From Planctopirus limnophila DSM 3776 (lineage in GTDB: Bacteria > Planctomycetota > Planctomycetia > Planctomycetales > Planctomycetaceae), in contig NC_014148.1 in the NCBI RefSeq assembly GCF_000092105.1, positions 4,950,001 through 4,982,000 of the forward strand: a stretch of DNA of 32,000 nucleotides. Direction: 5' to 3'. This document shows, piece by piece, positions 16,222 through 25,108 of the stretch. A program made the position numbers and the translations under genes. How positions within the stretch are numbered: the stretch's first letter is position 1; every line of letters begins with the position of its first letter. Under the pieces are notes generated by a model, which was not told the origin of the DNA, did not search any database, and saw nothing but the letters and a program-made list of their open reading frames with translations.

Positions 16222-17553
16222 ATGTCCACCTATGAACCTGTCCTTCTGGCTCGCATCCACAAAGAGCAGAGTCATACTCTCGACAGCTATCTGGCCGATG
16301 GGGGGTACGAAAGCTTCAAAAAGGCGCTCGGTATGACGCCTGTCGAAGTCACCACTCTGGTCAAAGATTCCGGCCTGCGTGGTCGCGGTGGTGCAGGCTT
16401 TCCCACTGGCCTGAAATGGACATTCCTCCCCAAAGATCATCCCGGCCCGATCTATCTCGCTGTCAACGGCGACGAAAGCGAACCCGGCACATTTAACAAT
16501 CGCATTCTGCTCGAAAAAGACCCTCACCAGGTTCTCGAAGGGATCGCGATCAGTTGCTACGCCATTCGCTCTAACACGGCATACCTTTACCTTCGCTACG
16601 AATACGGAGCTGCCTGGCGAGCCCTGCAAAAAGCTGTTGCTGAATGCTATGAAAGAGGGATCTTCGGTAAGAACGTCTTCGGCTCGGGCTTCGATCTGGA
16701 TGTCCGCCTGCACCGTGGTGCCGCAGCCTACATCTGCGGCGAAGAAACCGGACTCATCGAAAGCCTCGAAGGCAAACGCGCCTGGCCACGCATCAAGCCG
16801 CCTTTCCCAGCCATCGAAGGCCTCTTCCGCAAGCCAACCATCGTCAACAATATCGAAACCATGGCTTGCGTGACACAAATTCTGAAGCGTGGCATCGACT
16901 GGTTCAAATCGATTGGCGTACCGCCTGACCCGAACAATCCTCGCGATGCCGGCAGCTATGGCCCGAAGCTTTACTGCCTCTCAGGCCACGTCAATAAGCC
17001 GGGCTGTTATGAAGTTCCGCTGGGGATCACTGCTCGTCAGTTGATTGAAGAGTATGGTGGGGGTGTTCCCGGTGGGCGCGGGATTAAAGCCGTCGTCCCG
17101 GGTGGGATCAGCATGGGTTTTCTTGCTCCCTCCGAACTCGACACTCCACTGGATTTCAACGGTCCAGGAAAGGTCGGTTGCCTGGGTCTTGGAACCGCTG
17201 CCGTCGTGGTGATTGATGATCAGACCAGTATGGTCGATGTGGTCTATAACACGGCCCGCTTCTTTGCTCACGAATCGTGCGGGCAGTGCACGCCCTGCCG
17301 GGAAGGAACCAACTGGATGCAGCGAATTCTGCATCGGATTCGCAGCGGTCAGGGCCGGATGGAAGATCTCGACCTGTTGTTGGAAGTTTCTGGTGGAATC
17401 GGGATGATGCCCGGTACAACGATTTGCGGTCTGGCCGATGGTGCCGGATGGCCTGTGAAAAATGCCATCCGCAAATTTCGCAGTGAATTCGAAGAGTACA
17501 TCCAGAGCGGCCGCTCGACGATTAAACCATGTGAACTGATCGGGGCACACTGA
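16222..17553 (+). CDS. nuoF: NADH-quinone oxidoreductase subunit F (FMN, NADH-binding, N3 4Fe-4S)
   Basis: GRGGAGFPTGLKW (FMN site), the GDESEPGTF loop, and ESCGQCTPCREG (N3 cluster). Confidence 0.95.
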   Translation: MSTYEPVLLARIHKEQSHTLDSYLADGGYESFKKALGMTPVEVTTLVKDSGLRGRGGAGFPTGLKWTFLPKDHPGPIYLAVNGDESEPGTFNNRILLEKDPHQVLEGIAISCYAIRSNTAYLYLRYEYGAAWRALQKAVAECYERGIFGKNVFGSGFDLDVRLHRGAAAYICGEETGLIESLEGKRAWPRIKPPFPAIEGLFRKPTIVNNIETMACVTQILKRGIDWFKSIGVPPDPNNPRDAGSYGPKLYCLSGHVNKPGCYEVPLGITARQLIEEYGGGVPGGRGIKAVVPGGISMGFLAPSELDTPLDFNGPGKVGCLGLGTAAVVVIDDQTSMVDVVYNTARFFAHESCGQCTPCREGTNWMQRILHRIRSGQGRMEDLDLLLEVSGGIGMMPGTTICGLADGAGWPVKNAIRKFRSEFEEYIQSGRSTIKPCELIGAH

Positions 17554-17592
17554 GAAGAGCTAACAACCACAAATTGTAAGTCACACATTTAA

Positions 17593-17609
17593 CTACTGAA
17601 ATTCAGTAG
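17593..17609. promoter_or_regulatory. Perfect 17-bp palindrome CTACTGAA-A-TTCAGTAG in the AT-rich nuoF-nuoG spacer (candidate protein-binding site or small hairpin)
   Basis: Read directly from the sequence: 8-bp arms around one central base, 45 nt upstream of the nuoG ATG. Confidence 0.3.
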
Positions 17610-17653
17610 AGAACTTTGTCTGAATATTATTTTCCTTTCGACAAGTCAGAACT

Positions 17654-19363
17654 ATGCCCACAGTTTATGTCAACGATCAGCCTGTCGAACTGAAGCCAGA
17701 CGAACGGCTGAACTGTATTCAGGCAGCTCAGAAAGCGGGTGTGGAAATCCCGCACTACTGCTGGCATCCCAGCTTGTCAGTTGTCGCCAGTTGCCGTATG
17801 TGCCTGGTGGAAGTTGGCGACAAAAAGCCTGATGGAACCGTCGCCATGGTTCCCAAGGTCGTCCCCGGCTGCCAGACTCCCGTCAAAGATGGCACTGTCA
17901 TCGTGACCAATTCCCCCAAGGTGCAGGCCGCCCAGCGAGGGACACTCGAATACCTGCTGCTGAATCATCCTCTCGACTGCCCCGTTTGTGATCAGGCTGG
18001 CGAATGTGGTCTACAGGATTTCAGCTTCAAGTACGGCCGGGCATACAGTCGTCTGGCAGAGCCCAAAAACCAGAAAAAAGACAAGCCTTATATTGGCGAT
18101 CAGATCACTCTCTTCACTGATCGCTGTATCATGTGTACCCGCTGCGTGCGGTTCACCAGAGAAATCTCCGGCACCGCTGAGCTTCAGGTTGTCAGCCGTG
18201 GCTCGGGCGAAGAAATCGATATCTTCCCCGGCAAGCCCTGCAATAACAAACTGGCTGGCAACGTCGTCGATCTCTGCCCTGTCGGTGCACTGTGCAGCAA
18301 AGATTTTCTCTATGAGCAGCGTGTGTGGTGGCTGAAAGGGAAGAACTCGGTCTGCGCCGGTTGCAGCACAGGTTGCAGCATTCGCGTCGATCAGAACAAA
18401 GATGTCGTCTACCGACTCAAGCCACGCTCAAACCCGCTCGCACAGGGCGAGTTCATGTGCGACGAAGGTCGCTTCGGCTGGAAGTACATTCATTCCGAGC
18501 ATCGCCTGAAGTTCCCCATGCAGAAACTCCCTGCAGGGATCACCCCCGTTTCCTGGCCACAAATTCTTCCTGCTCTGCGACAGGCCCTGACAGAAGCTGC
18601 CAAAAGAGCTCCTGAAAAACTGGCTGTCGTGCTGACCCCCTTCATGACGGTCGAAGAGGCTTACCTACTCTGCAAGTATGTGAAGTCTCTCTCACCTGCT
18701 GCCAGGTTGTTGATGACACCCGCTCCCGTTGTGGGTGCAGATGATTCGTATCCGAAAGATCTGCGCGGGCAGGCCGCTCCTCAACCCAAATTCACCATTC
18801 GAGCCGAAAAAGCCCCGAACCGTACTGGTGTCGAGCTGGTACTCCATCACTTTGGAGGAACAGTCGAGTCGCTCGACGGGGTGTTAGCGCAGGTCTCTCA
18901 GGGAACTCTCGAAGCGGTCTATCTGACTGCAGGATCCCCTGAAGGCTGGATCACCGATGAGCAGGCCAAATCACTGGCCAAGGCGAAACTGGTGATTGTG
19001 CAGGATCTGCTCGATTCCCCCGCTCTTCCCTGGGCGACATTTGTGTTGCCTGGCACTTCGTGGGCCGAGCGTGATGGCACATTCGTCAATCACGCAGGTC
19101 TGGCACAAGCCATTCATCGCGGCTTACGTTCGCCGGGCGATGCCTGGCCCGATGGGCGGATCTGTTTTGAGCTGGCAGGTCGGACAGGTATATTCCACGC
19201 TCCCACCATCCGTCAGGAAATTGCGGGTGAGATTCCTGCACTGGCCGCACTGATTGTGGGTGACCTGGGCGATGAAGGGATTTTCCTGAAATCGGCAGGT
19301 GAGACGGCCTCTGCAGCCGGTTCTGAAACACAGGTTCCTGTTACAGGAGGTAGCCGATCGTGA
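17654..19363 (+). CDS. nuoG: NADH-quinone oxidoreductase subunit G (short form, 569 aa)
   Basis: N-terminal 2Fe-2S ligands (CRMCLVEV region), HPLDCPVCDQAGEC (N5), CIMCTRCVRF plus CPVGAL (N4), and CAGCSTGC (N7-like). The molybdopterin-oxidoreductase-like C-terminal part is shorter than in the 780-910-aa Thermus and E. coli proteins. Confidence 0.9.
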   Translation: MPTVYVNDQPVELKPDERLNCIQAAQKAGVEIPHYCWHPSLSVVASCRMCLVEVGDKKPDGTVAMVPKVVPGCQTPVKDGTVIVTNSPKVQAAQRGTLEYLLLNHPLDCPVCDQAGECGLQDFSFKYGRAYSRLAEPKNQKKDKPYIGDQITLFTDRCIMCTRCVRFTREISGTAELQVVSRGSGEEIDIFPGKPCNNKLAGNVVDLCPVGALCSKDFLYEQRVWWLKGKNSVCAGCSTGCSIRVDQNKDVVYRLKPRSNPLAQGEFMCDEGRFGWKYIHSEHRLKFPMQKLPAGITPVSWPQILPALRQALTEAAKRAPEKLAVVLTPFMTVEEAYLLCKYVKSLSPAARLLMTPAPVVGADDSYPKDLRGQAAPQPKFTIRAEKAPNRTGVELVLHHFGGTVESLDGVLAQVSQGTLEAVYLTAGSPEGWITDEQAKSLAKAKLVIVQDLLDSPALPWATFVLPGTSWAERDGTFVNHAGLAQAIHRGLRSPGDAWPDGRICFELAGRTGIFHAPTIRQEIAGEIPALAALIVGDLGDEGIFLKSAGETASAAGSETQVPVTGGSRS

Positions 19364-20532
19364 GTTGGGAATTCTTCCTCGTCACGTTGATAACGATTGG
19401 TGTGGCCTTCGGGGGATTGATGGGCACAATTGCCTATCTGATCCTGGTCGAGCGACGTCTGGCCGCCTTTATTCAGGACCGCTATGGCCCGAACCGTGTC
19501 GGCTGGGCCGGTCTGCTGCAGCCCATTGCTGATGGTGCCAAATTCCTGCTCAAGGAAGACGTGATCCCCGGTTACGTTAACAAAACGCTCTACATCCTGG
19601 GCCCCAGCATCGCCGTATTTACTGCCATGGCCGGCTTTGCCATCGTCCCCTTCGGACCTGTCGATCAGGCTCCTTCGTGGATGCGGTTTGTCATCGCTCC
19701 CGATGTCAACATCGGGATGATCTACATTTTTTGTGTGGGCAGCCTGGGTGTTTATGGAGTGATTCTCGGCGGCTGGGCATCGAACAACAAGTACAGTTCG
19801 TTAGGCTCCATGCGGGCCAGTGCTCAGGTCGTAAGTTATGAAATTCCCCTGGGGATGTCGATCATTGGTGTCGTGCTGATGACCAGCTCTTTGAGTCTCA
19901 ACGATATTCTCATGCATCAGGCGAATCAGGGCGTACTGGGCTGGAATGTCTGGACACAGCCACTCGCGCTGCTGATCTTCTTCGTCTCCGCTCTGGCCGA
20001 AACCAATCGCCTCCCCTTCGACCTTTCTGAATGTGAGCAGGAACTTGTCGGCGGTTTTCATACCGAATACAGCTCGATGAAATTCGCCCTCTACTTCCTG
20101 GGGGAATACGCACACATCATTACTGTCTGCTTCCTGACTGCCATTCTCTTCTTCGGTGGTTGGCAGTTCCCTTTGATCGCGGAAGCCGACAGTGCGTATC
20201 TGGGAGCAACTCTGGTCAAAGTGGTCGTGCTGCTGACCAAGGTTCTGATGATCATTCTGCTGATCATGTTTATCCGCTGGACAATTCCCCGCTTCCGCTT
20301 CGATCAACTGATGAATCTGGCGTGGCTGGGCCTGATTCCGATGGCTGCTATGAACATTCTGGTGGTCATGACTGCCAAACAGTTCGACTGGCCCATCTGG
20401 ACACTGCCGTTAGGTTCGCTGGCGATCTTCGTGGCCGCAGGTCTGATTGGCACCAGTGGAAAATTCGTTGTCAGCGATCAGACGGTCGATTTCAGTGAAT
20501 CACCCGAAGGGTATGTCCACGTTCACTCCTGA
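19360..20532 (+). CDS. nuoH: NADH-quinone oxidoreductase subunit H
   Basis: GTGA overlap with the nuoG stop. ND1-family motifs include ERRLAAFIQDRYGPNRVG and NRLPFDLSECEQELVGGFHTEYS. It has about 8 TM segments. Confidence 0.93.
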   Translation: MSWEFFLVTLITIGVAFGGLMGTIAYLILVERRLAAFIQDRYGPNRVGWAGLLQPIADGAKFLLKEDVIPGYVNKTLYILGPSIAVFTAMAGFAIVPFGPVDQAPSWMRFVIAPDVNIGMIYIFCVGSLGVYGVILGGWASNNKYSSLGSMRASAQVVSYEIPLGMSIIGVVLMTSSLSLNDILMHQANQGVLGWNVWTQPLALLIFFVSALAETNRLPFDLSECEQELVGGFHTEYSSMKFALYFLGEYAHIITVCFLTAILFFGGWQFPLIAEADSAYLGATLVKVVVLLTKVLMIILLIMFIRWTIPRFRFDQLMNLAWLGLIPMAAMNILVVMTAKQFDWPIWTLPLGSLAIFVAAGLIGTSGKFVVSDQTVDFSESPEGYVHVHS

Positions 20533-20614
20533 TGGCAAATTTTCAATTTCCGCAGTCATCTTTTTTTGACATCAACCTGCTCATAACCACAGGCAGACAT
20601 TTTTCAGGTGCCCC

Positions 20615-21283
20615 ATGGCTGATCAACTCACACCGATCTCGAATGACGATGTCGTCTGGATGGAAGAGCCAGAAATGGGATTCTGGGAATCGACATTTCT
20701 GCCAGCCATTTTCAGTGGCCTCAAGAATTCTTTGCGGCATGTGACCGATTTCAAACCCGTCACACAGCAATACCCCGAGGAAAAGCCCGATCTGCCACTG
20801 AATTACCGTGGTGTTCATCGCCTGAATCGCGACGACAAAGGCCGGGTGAAATGCGTCGCCTGCATGATGTGCTCGACCGCCTGTCCTGCACGTTGCATTG
20901 AGATTGTGGCCGAAGAAGCTCCCAAAGATGATCCTCTCTGGGCCGACCGCGACAAGCGTCCCAAATCTTTCGTCATCGACGAACTCAAGTGCATTTACTG
21001 CGGGATGTGCGAAGAGGCCTGTCCTGTCGATTCGATCGAATTGACCCACATCTACGATCTGACGGGGATGACCCGTCAGGAAATGAAGTTCAATAAAGAA
21101 AAGCTGCTCGAAGTCTTTGATCAAACCAAAGATAACCCCCGAGACCCCATCCGCACTCATCGTGGTATCCTGGGCCCTGCTTCAGACTTCACCTCCTTAC
21201 CTCAAGTGGGCCCTGCCACCCAGATTCCCCAAGGTGACAAGGCCTCCGAACCCGTATCCACCGATGTGATTAAGCAGGGCTGA
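20615..21283 (+). CDS. nuoI: NADH-quinone oxidoreductase subunit I (2x 4Fe-4S ferredoxin)
   Basis: CVACMMCSTACP and CIYCGMCEEACP. It has a ~60-aa C-terminal tail beyond the canonical core. Confidence 0.93.
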   Translation: MADQLTPISNDDVVWMEEPEMGFWESTFLPAIFSGLKNSLRHVTDFKPVTQQYPEEKPDLPLNYRGVHRLNRDDKGRVKCVACMMCSTACPARCIEIVAEEAPKDDPLWADRDKRPKSFVIDELKCIYCGMCEEACPVDSIELTHIYDLTGMTRQEMKFNKEKLLEVFDQTKDNPRDPIRTHRGILGPASDFTSLPQVGPATQIPQGDKASEPVSTDVIKQG

Positions 21284-21493
21284 ATGTGGCCAAGTCGCCT
21301 TTGATTTCTCGAATCAACTTCTCATTTGGCGAATGAATTGCCTTGGATGACTTGAGGGAGCAGCGGGAGGAACATACTCTGGGGCATAGAATTCGATCTA
21401 AGTCCCTTGCCTGTCGGACTCCCGGAACGCTTTGCAGAACTTTGCTCATGCTTGAATCACAGTTTTAATGACGGAACTTCTCTTTCTCTTTGA

Positions 21494-22222
21494 ATGCAGT
21501 CTATGAACTGGGTTTCTGAGAACATCGCATTAATCGGAACGCTCGTCCTGCTGGGGGCGAACATTCTCCTGTTGTTTCCATCGACTGGCCGCAAGTCAGG
21601 GATTCCGGGCTTTCTCCTGCTGCCAGTCACATTGGCTGGTCTAGGCTGGGTGTTTTTGCAGCCGACAGGTGATCTTGTTCGTGATCTCCTGTTTTACATG
21701 GCTGCCGGGACGGCTGTCCTGGGTGGCCTGCTGATGACGACACAGCGGAATCCGGTCTATGCCGCCCTGTGGTTTGCCGTGGCCACACTGGGAGTCTGTG
21801 GTCTGTTTGTTATCAACTCAGCCCCATTCCTGGCGGCTGTCACGATCATCGTCTATGCCGGTGCCATCGTCGTCACGTTCGTCTTCGTGATCATGCTGGC
21901 TCAGCAGGAGCAGGGATCAGGCTACGATCGCATTCCGCAACAACCTTTCCTCGCCACTGTGCTTGGCTGCCTGCTTGTGGGGACGATGCTCCTGGGGATC
22001 GAAAAAACTTTCGGGCCAGAGTCTTCCCGGCTTTCAGTCGATCGAACGGCACTTCACGTTTCTTCACTGCCCGTTGAAAATGATCTCGGTTCGCCAGGTG
22101 GCGTGGGCCGGTCGCTCTTCACCGATTACTTGTTTGCAGTCGAACTCGCTGGAACAGTTCTACTCGTGGCTACCATTGGTGCCATTGCGATTGCACCTCG
22201 CCGTCCACAGGGGAGTTTATGA
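21494..22222 (+). CDS. nuoJ: NADH-quinone oxidoreductase subunit J
   Basis: 242-aa ND6-like hydrophobic protein in the nuoJ position, with an ATGA overlap to nuoK. Confidence 0.85.
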   Translation: MQSMNWVSENIALIGTLVLLGANILLLFPSTGRKSGIPGFLLLPVTLAGLGWVFLQPTGDLVRDLLFYMAAGTAVLGGLLMTTQRNPVYAALWFAVATLGVCGLFVINSAPFLAAVTIIVYAGAIVVTFVFVIMLAQQEQGSGYDRIPQQPFLATVLGCLLVGTMLLGIEKTFGPESSRLSVDRTALHVSSLPVENDLGSPGGVGRSLFTDYLFAVELAGTVLLVATIGAIAIAPRRPQGSL

Positions 22223-22695
22223 GTCCTGATCCTTCCCATTACCTTGTCGTGGGTGCCTTGCTCTTCGGCCTGGGTGCAATCGGCTTTCTCACACGCCGAA
22301 ATCTGATCCTGATGATGCTCTCATCGGAACTGATGCTCCACGGTGTCTCCGTCAACCTGACGGCGTTCAGCCAGTATCATGGCCAGCATGACGGTCAGGC
22401 GCTGACAATTTTCGTCCTGACCATTGCGGCATGTGAAGCTGGTTTATCACTCGCGATTATTCTGGCTCTCTACCAGCGAACCCGCTCGCTCGATATTCGG
22501 CTGTGGACGACTTTGGGCGAAGAGGAACTCATGCCACCGATGGCCGATTCAGCATCGCGTGAAATTGAACCTCCTGCAGAACCACTTCCCAAACTTGTTC
22601 CCGCCGGCCGGCGGCCAATGATTGGTGCCGATGGCCATGTCGTGACCCCCGTATTGTCAAATTCACAGGTGAGTGGCAAGGGGGCCAAAGCCTGA
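22219..22695 (+). CDS. nuoK: NADH-quinone oxidoreductase subunit K with a ~58-aa C-terminal extension
   Basis: The first ~100 aa form a typical 3-TM ND4L core (LSSELML, ACEAGLSLAI). Residues 101-158 are a hydrophilic Pro-rich tail that is absent from the ~100-aa canonical NuoK. Confidence 0.88.
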   Translation: MSPDPSHYLVVGALLFGLGAIGFLTRRNLILMMLSSELMLHGVSVNLTAFSQYHGQHDGQALTIFVLTIAACEAGLSLAIILALYQRTRSLDIRLWTTLGEEELMPPMADSASREIEPPAEPLPKLVPAGRRPMIGADGHVVTPVLSNSQVSGKGAKA

Positions 22696-22924
22696 ACAGA
22701 TTCGAATCCAAGCGTCTGTCTGGTCACAGGTCATTATGTCGTCCATAGCGATCGACCCGACTGAGATGAGTCCGATGGGTTTAACCTCAAGATAGAGCCT
22801 GATGAGTATAACCCACAGAGTGGGCCTCGATTCACAGGCAGTGTTCATAAAACCCGATTGAAAAGCAGATTGCAGAGTCCTCTCGAAGCCTGGTTTCGAG
22901 TCGAAAAATAAAGGAAGTAAGGCT

Positions 22925-25015
22925 GTGGCAAACTGGTCTGACATCGCCCTGGCGACGATTCCCGCTGCACCTCTGGCTGCCGCCATCTGGTGCGGCACAG
23001 TCGCTCAGGTTGTCCGGCGCACAACAGCCCACCGGCCCGTTGTGCTCGCCCTGGCACTTTCATTGGTAGCGGCTGCCTATGTCCTCTTCGTCGTCGTTCC
23101 CGGTTCAGTCGTCGATTCACCCGCCGCTCACAGCCAGATAACTCCCATCGAGAGCTCTGGCGAAAGCCTGGTGAAGCCTGTCTCGTTGATAGCTTCCGCA
23201 ACCCCTGCTTCAGCAACCGGCGAACATCATGGGCCAGCCCATAAGGCTTACATTTTTGAAGTCTATCGCTGGATGTCTGTGGGCGGGTTGACTGTCGATA
23301 TCGTGCTCCGAGCCGACGCGATGACAGCCCTCATGCTCGTGATGGTCAACTTTGTCAGTCTGCTGGTGGCGATTTTTGCATCGAGCTACATGCATGGCGA
23401 CAAAGGCTATCCCCGCTTCTTTGGAGCGATGGCTCTGTTCGTCTTCTCCATGAACATGCTTGTACTGGCGGGGAACTTCATTGAAGTCTTTATCTTCTGG
23501 GAAGCTGTCGGGCTGTGCTCTTATCTGCTCATTGGCCACTGGTATCATAAACCTTCCGCCGCCGCCGCCGCCCGCAAGGCCTTTGTGGTGAATCGAATTG
23601 GCGACTTTGGTCTGATGACTGCCATTTTCCTGATTTACCGCACCTTTGGCTCAGTAGATTTTGAAACCGTTCTCGATCCTGCCAGGCTGGCCGAACTCGC
23701 TGCTGCTCAGCCCGGCTTAGTCACCACGATTGCCTTGCTGCTCCTCCTGGGGGCGATTGGTAAGTCGGCACAGTTCCCTTTGCATGTCTGGCTTCCCGAT
23801 GCGATGGAAGGCCCCACTCCCGTCAGTGCGCTGATCCATGCCGCCACGATGGTGACTGCCGGTGTTTATCTCATTGCCCGCACCACGCCGATTTTTGTCC
23901 ATTCGCCAACCGCACAGCTCGTCGTGGCCGGTGTGGGGGCAATCACTGCTCTGGTGGCGGCGATCACAGCACTTTGCCAGTACGACCTTAAACGCGTGCT
24001 GGCTTACTCCACAGTCAGTCAGCTCGGTTACATGTTCATGGCTTTAGGAGCCGCAGCAGCGAGTCCTGCCCTGGCGGCTCATGCAGAAACATTTGCGATG
24101 TTTCACCTGCTGACTCATGCGTTTTTCAAAGCTGTCCTCTTCCTGGCAGCAGGGAGCGTGATGCATGCCATGGGGGATGTCATCGACATGCGACGCTTCA
24201 GTGGATTAAGGAAAGCACTCCCCATCACACATATCACCTTCCTCTGCGGGGCATTGGCACTGGCGGGCTTCCCGCTCCTCTCGGGCTTCTGGAGCAAAGA
24301 CGAGATTCTCGCAGTTGTCTGGGAAGCGACTCAAACCGGCGATTACAAAACGTACTTCTACCTGATCCTGGGTGTCGGTCTGCTGACAAGTCTTCTCACC
24401 GCGTTCTATACATTCCGAGCTTACTATCTCACTTTCCATGGCCCGGAACGATTTCCAGAAGAAGCGGGTCATCATCCTCACGATGCCTCACCGGCCATGG
24501 CCATTCCGCTCTACATCCTGGCGGCACTGGCTGTCGTTGCTGGTCTGATTCTTGGCCCGACACACATCTATGCTCACTACATTGAAATGACCCCCAATTT
24601 CCCGACGGCTGCACCCGCTGGCATGAATGTGGGCATGATGGTTTTGAGCACAGTCCTGGCGCTGGGTGGCATCGGATTGGCATATACCATCTATGGCAAA
24701 GCCACTCGTCCCGAATACTCAGATGCTCGACCACTCAGCCTTTGGGAAAATGTTTCCCTCAACGGGCTGTACCTGGATCAGCTCTATGGAGCCTTGATCG
24801 TCCGGCCTATGGCGACTTTGTCGGCTGTGTGTGAGTTTGTTGATCGCATGATCCTCGACAAGATTGTGGATGCCGTCGGGCTCATCCCGATCATTGCGGG
24901 GGGGATGATTCGGCCATTACAAAATGGACTCGTCAGTTCGTATGCAGCCGTCATGCTGCTGGGTGTGATTGTGGCATTGGCCAGTGTTTTAAGAGCCATC
25001 GCCAGTGTGACCTGA
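22925..25015 (+). CDS. nuoL: NADH-quinone oxidoreductase subunit L
   Basis: GTG start. ND5-family motifs are present (WEAVGLCSYLLIGHWY, GKSAQFPLHVWLPDAMEGPTPVSALIHAATMVTAGVYL). The C-terminus has the long helix and TM region typical of NuoL. Confidence 0.92.
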   Translation: MANWSDIALATIPAAPLAAAIWCGTVAQVVRRTTAHRPVVLALALSLVAAAYVLFVVVPGSVVDSPAAHSQITPIESSGESLVKPVSLIASATPASATGEHHGPAHKAYIFEVYRWMSVGGLTVDIVLRADAMTALMLVMVNFVSLLVAIFASSYMHGDKGYPRFFGAMALFVFSMNMLVLAGNFIEVFIFWEAVGLCSYLLIGHWYHKPSAAAAARKAFVVNRIGDFGLMTAIFLIYRTFGSVDFETVLDPARLAELAAAQPGLVTTIALLLLLGAIGKSAQFPLHVWLPDAMEGPTPVSALIHAATMVTAGVYLIARTTPIFVHSPTAQLVVAGVGAITALVAAITALCQYDLKRVLAYSTVSQLGYMFMALGAAAASPALAAHAETFAMFHLLTHAFFKAVLFLAAGSVMHAMGDVIDMRRFSGLRKALPITHITFLCGALALAGFPLLSGFWSKDEILAVVWEATQTGDYKTYFYLILGVGLLTSLLTAFYTFRAYYLTFHGPERFPEEAGHHPHDASPAMAIPLYILAALAVVAGLILGPTHIYAHYIEMTPNFPTAAPAGMNVGMMVLSTVLALGGIGLAYTIYGKATRPEYSDARPLSLWENVSLNGLYLDQLYGALIVRPMATLSAVCEFVDRMILDKIVDAVGLIPIIAGGMIRPLQNGLVSSYAAVMLLGVIVALASVLRAIASVT

Positions 25016-25108
25016 TATTGGAAATTTTTAGTCGCATCAAGCGAATCGAATCGGGTTCTGATCGATCAGAGTGAATGAGCCAGTAGTTCGAGTGAAGGTT
25101 GGAAAACT

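Noticed and set aside
22701-22709. TTCGAATCC (a tRNA T-loop-like string) in the nuoK-nuoL spacer
   Set aside because: The flanking bases do not form a 5-bp T-stem with a 7-nt loop, and no acceptor, D or anticodon arms can be drawn. I found no tRNA-like cloverleaf in any intergenic region I read.
23556-23570. A (CCG)5 trinucleotide run in nuoL as a contingency or phase-variation locus
   Set aside because: It encodes the Ala run (SAAAAARKAF) at a position where NuoL homologues also have Ala-rich sequence. It is short and in frame, so length changes would not switch expression.
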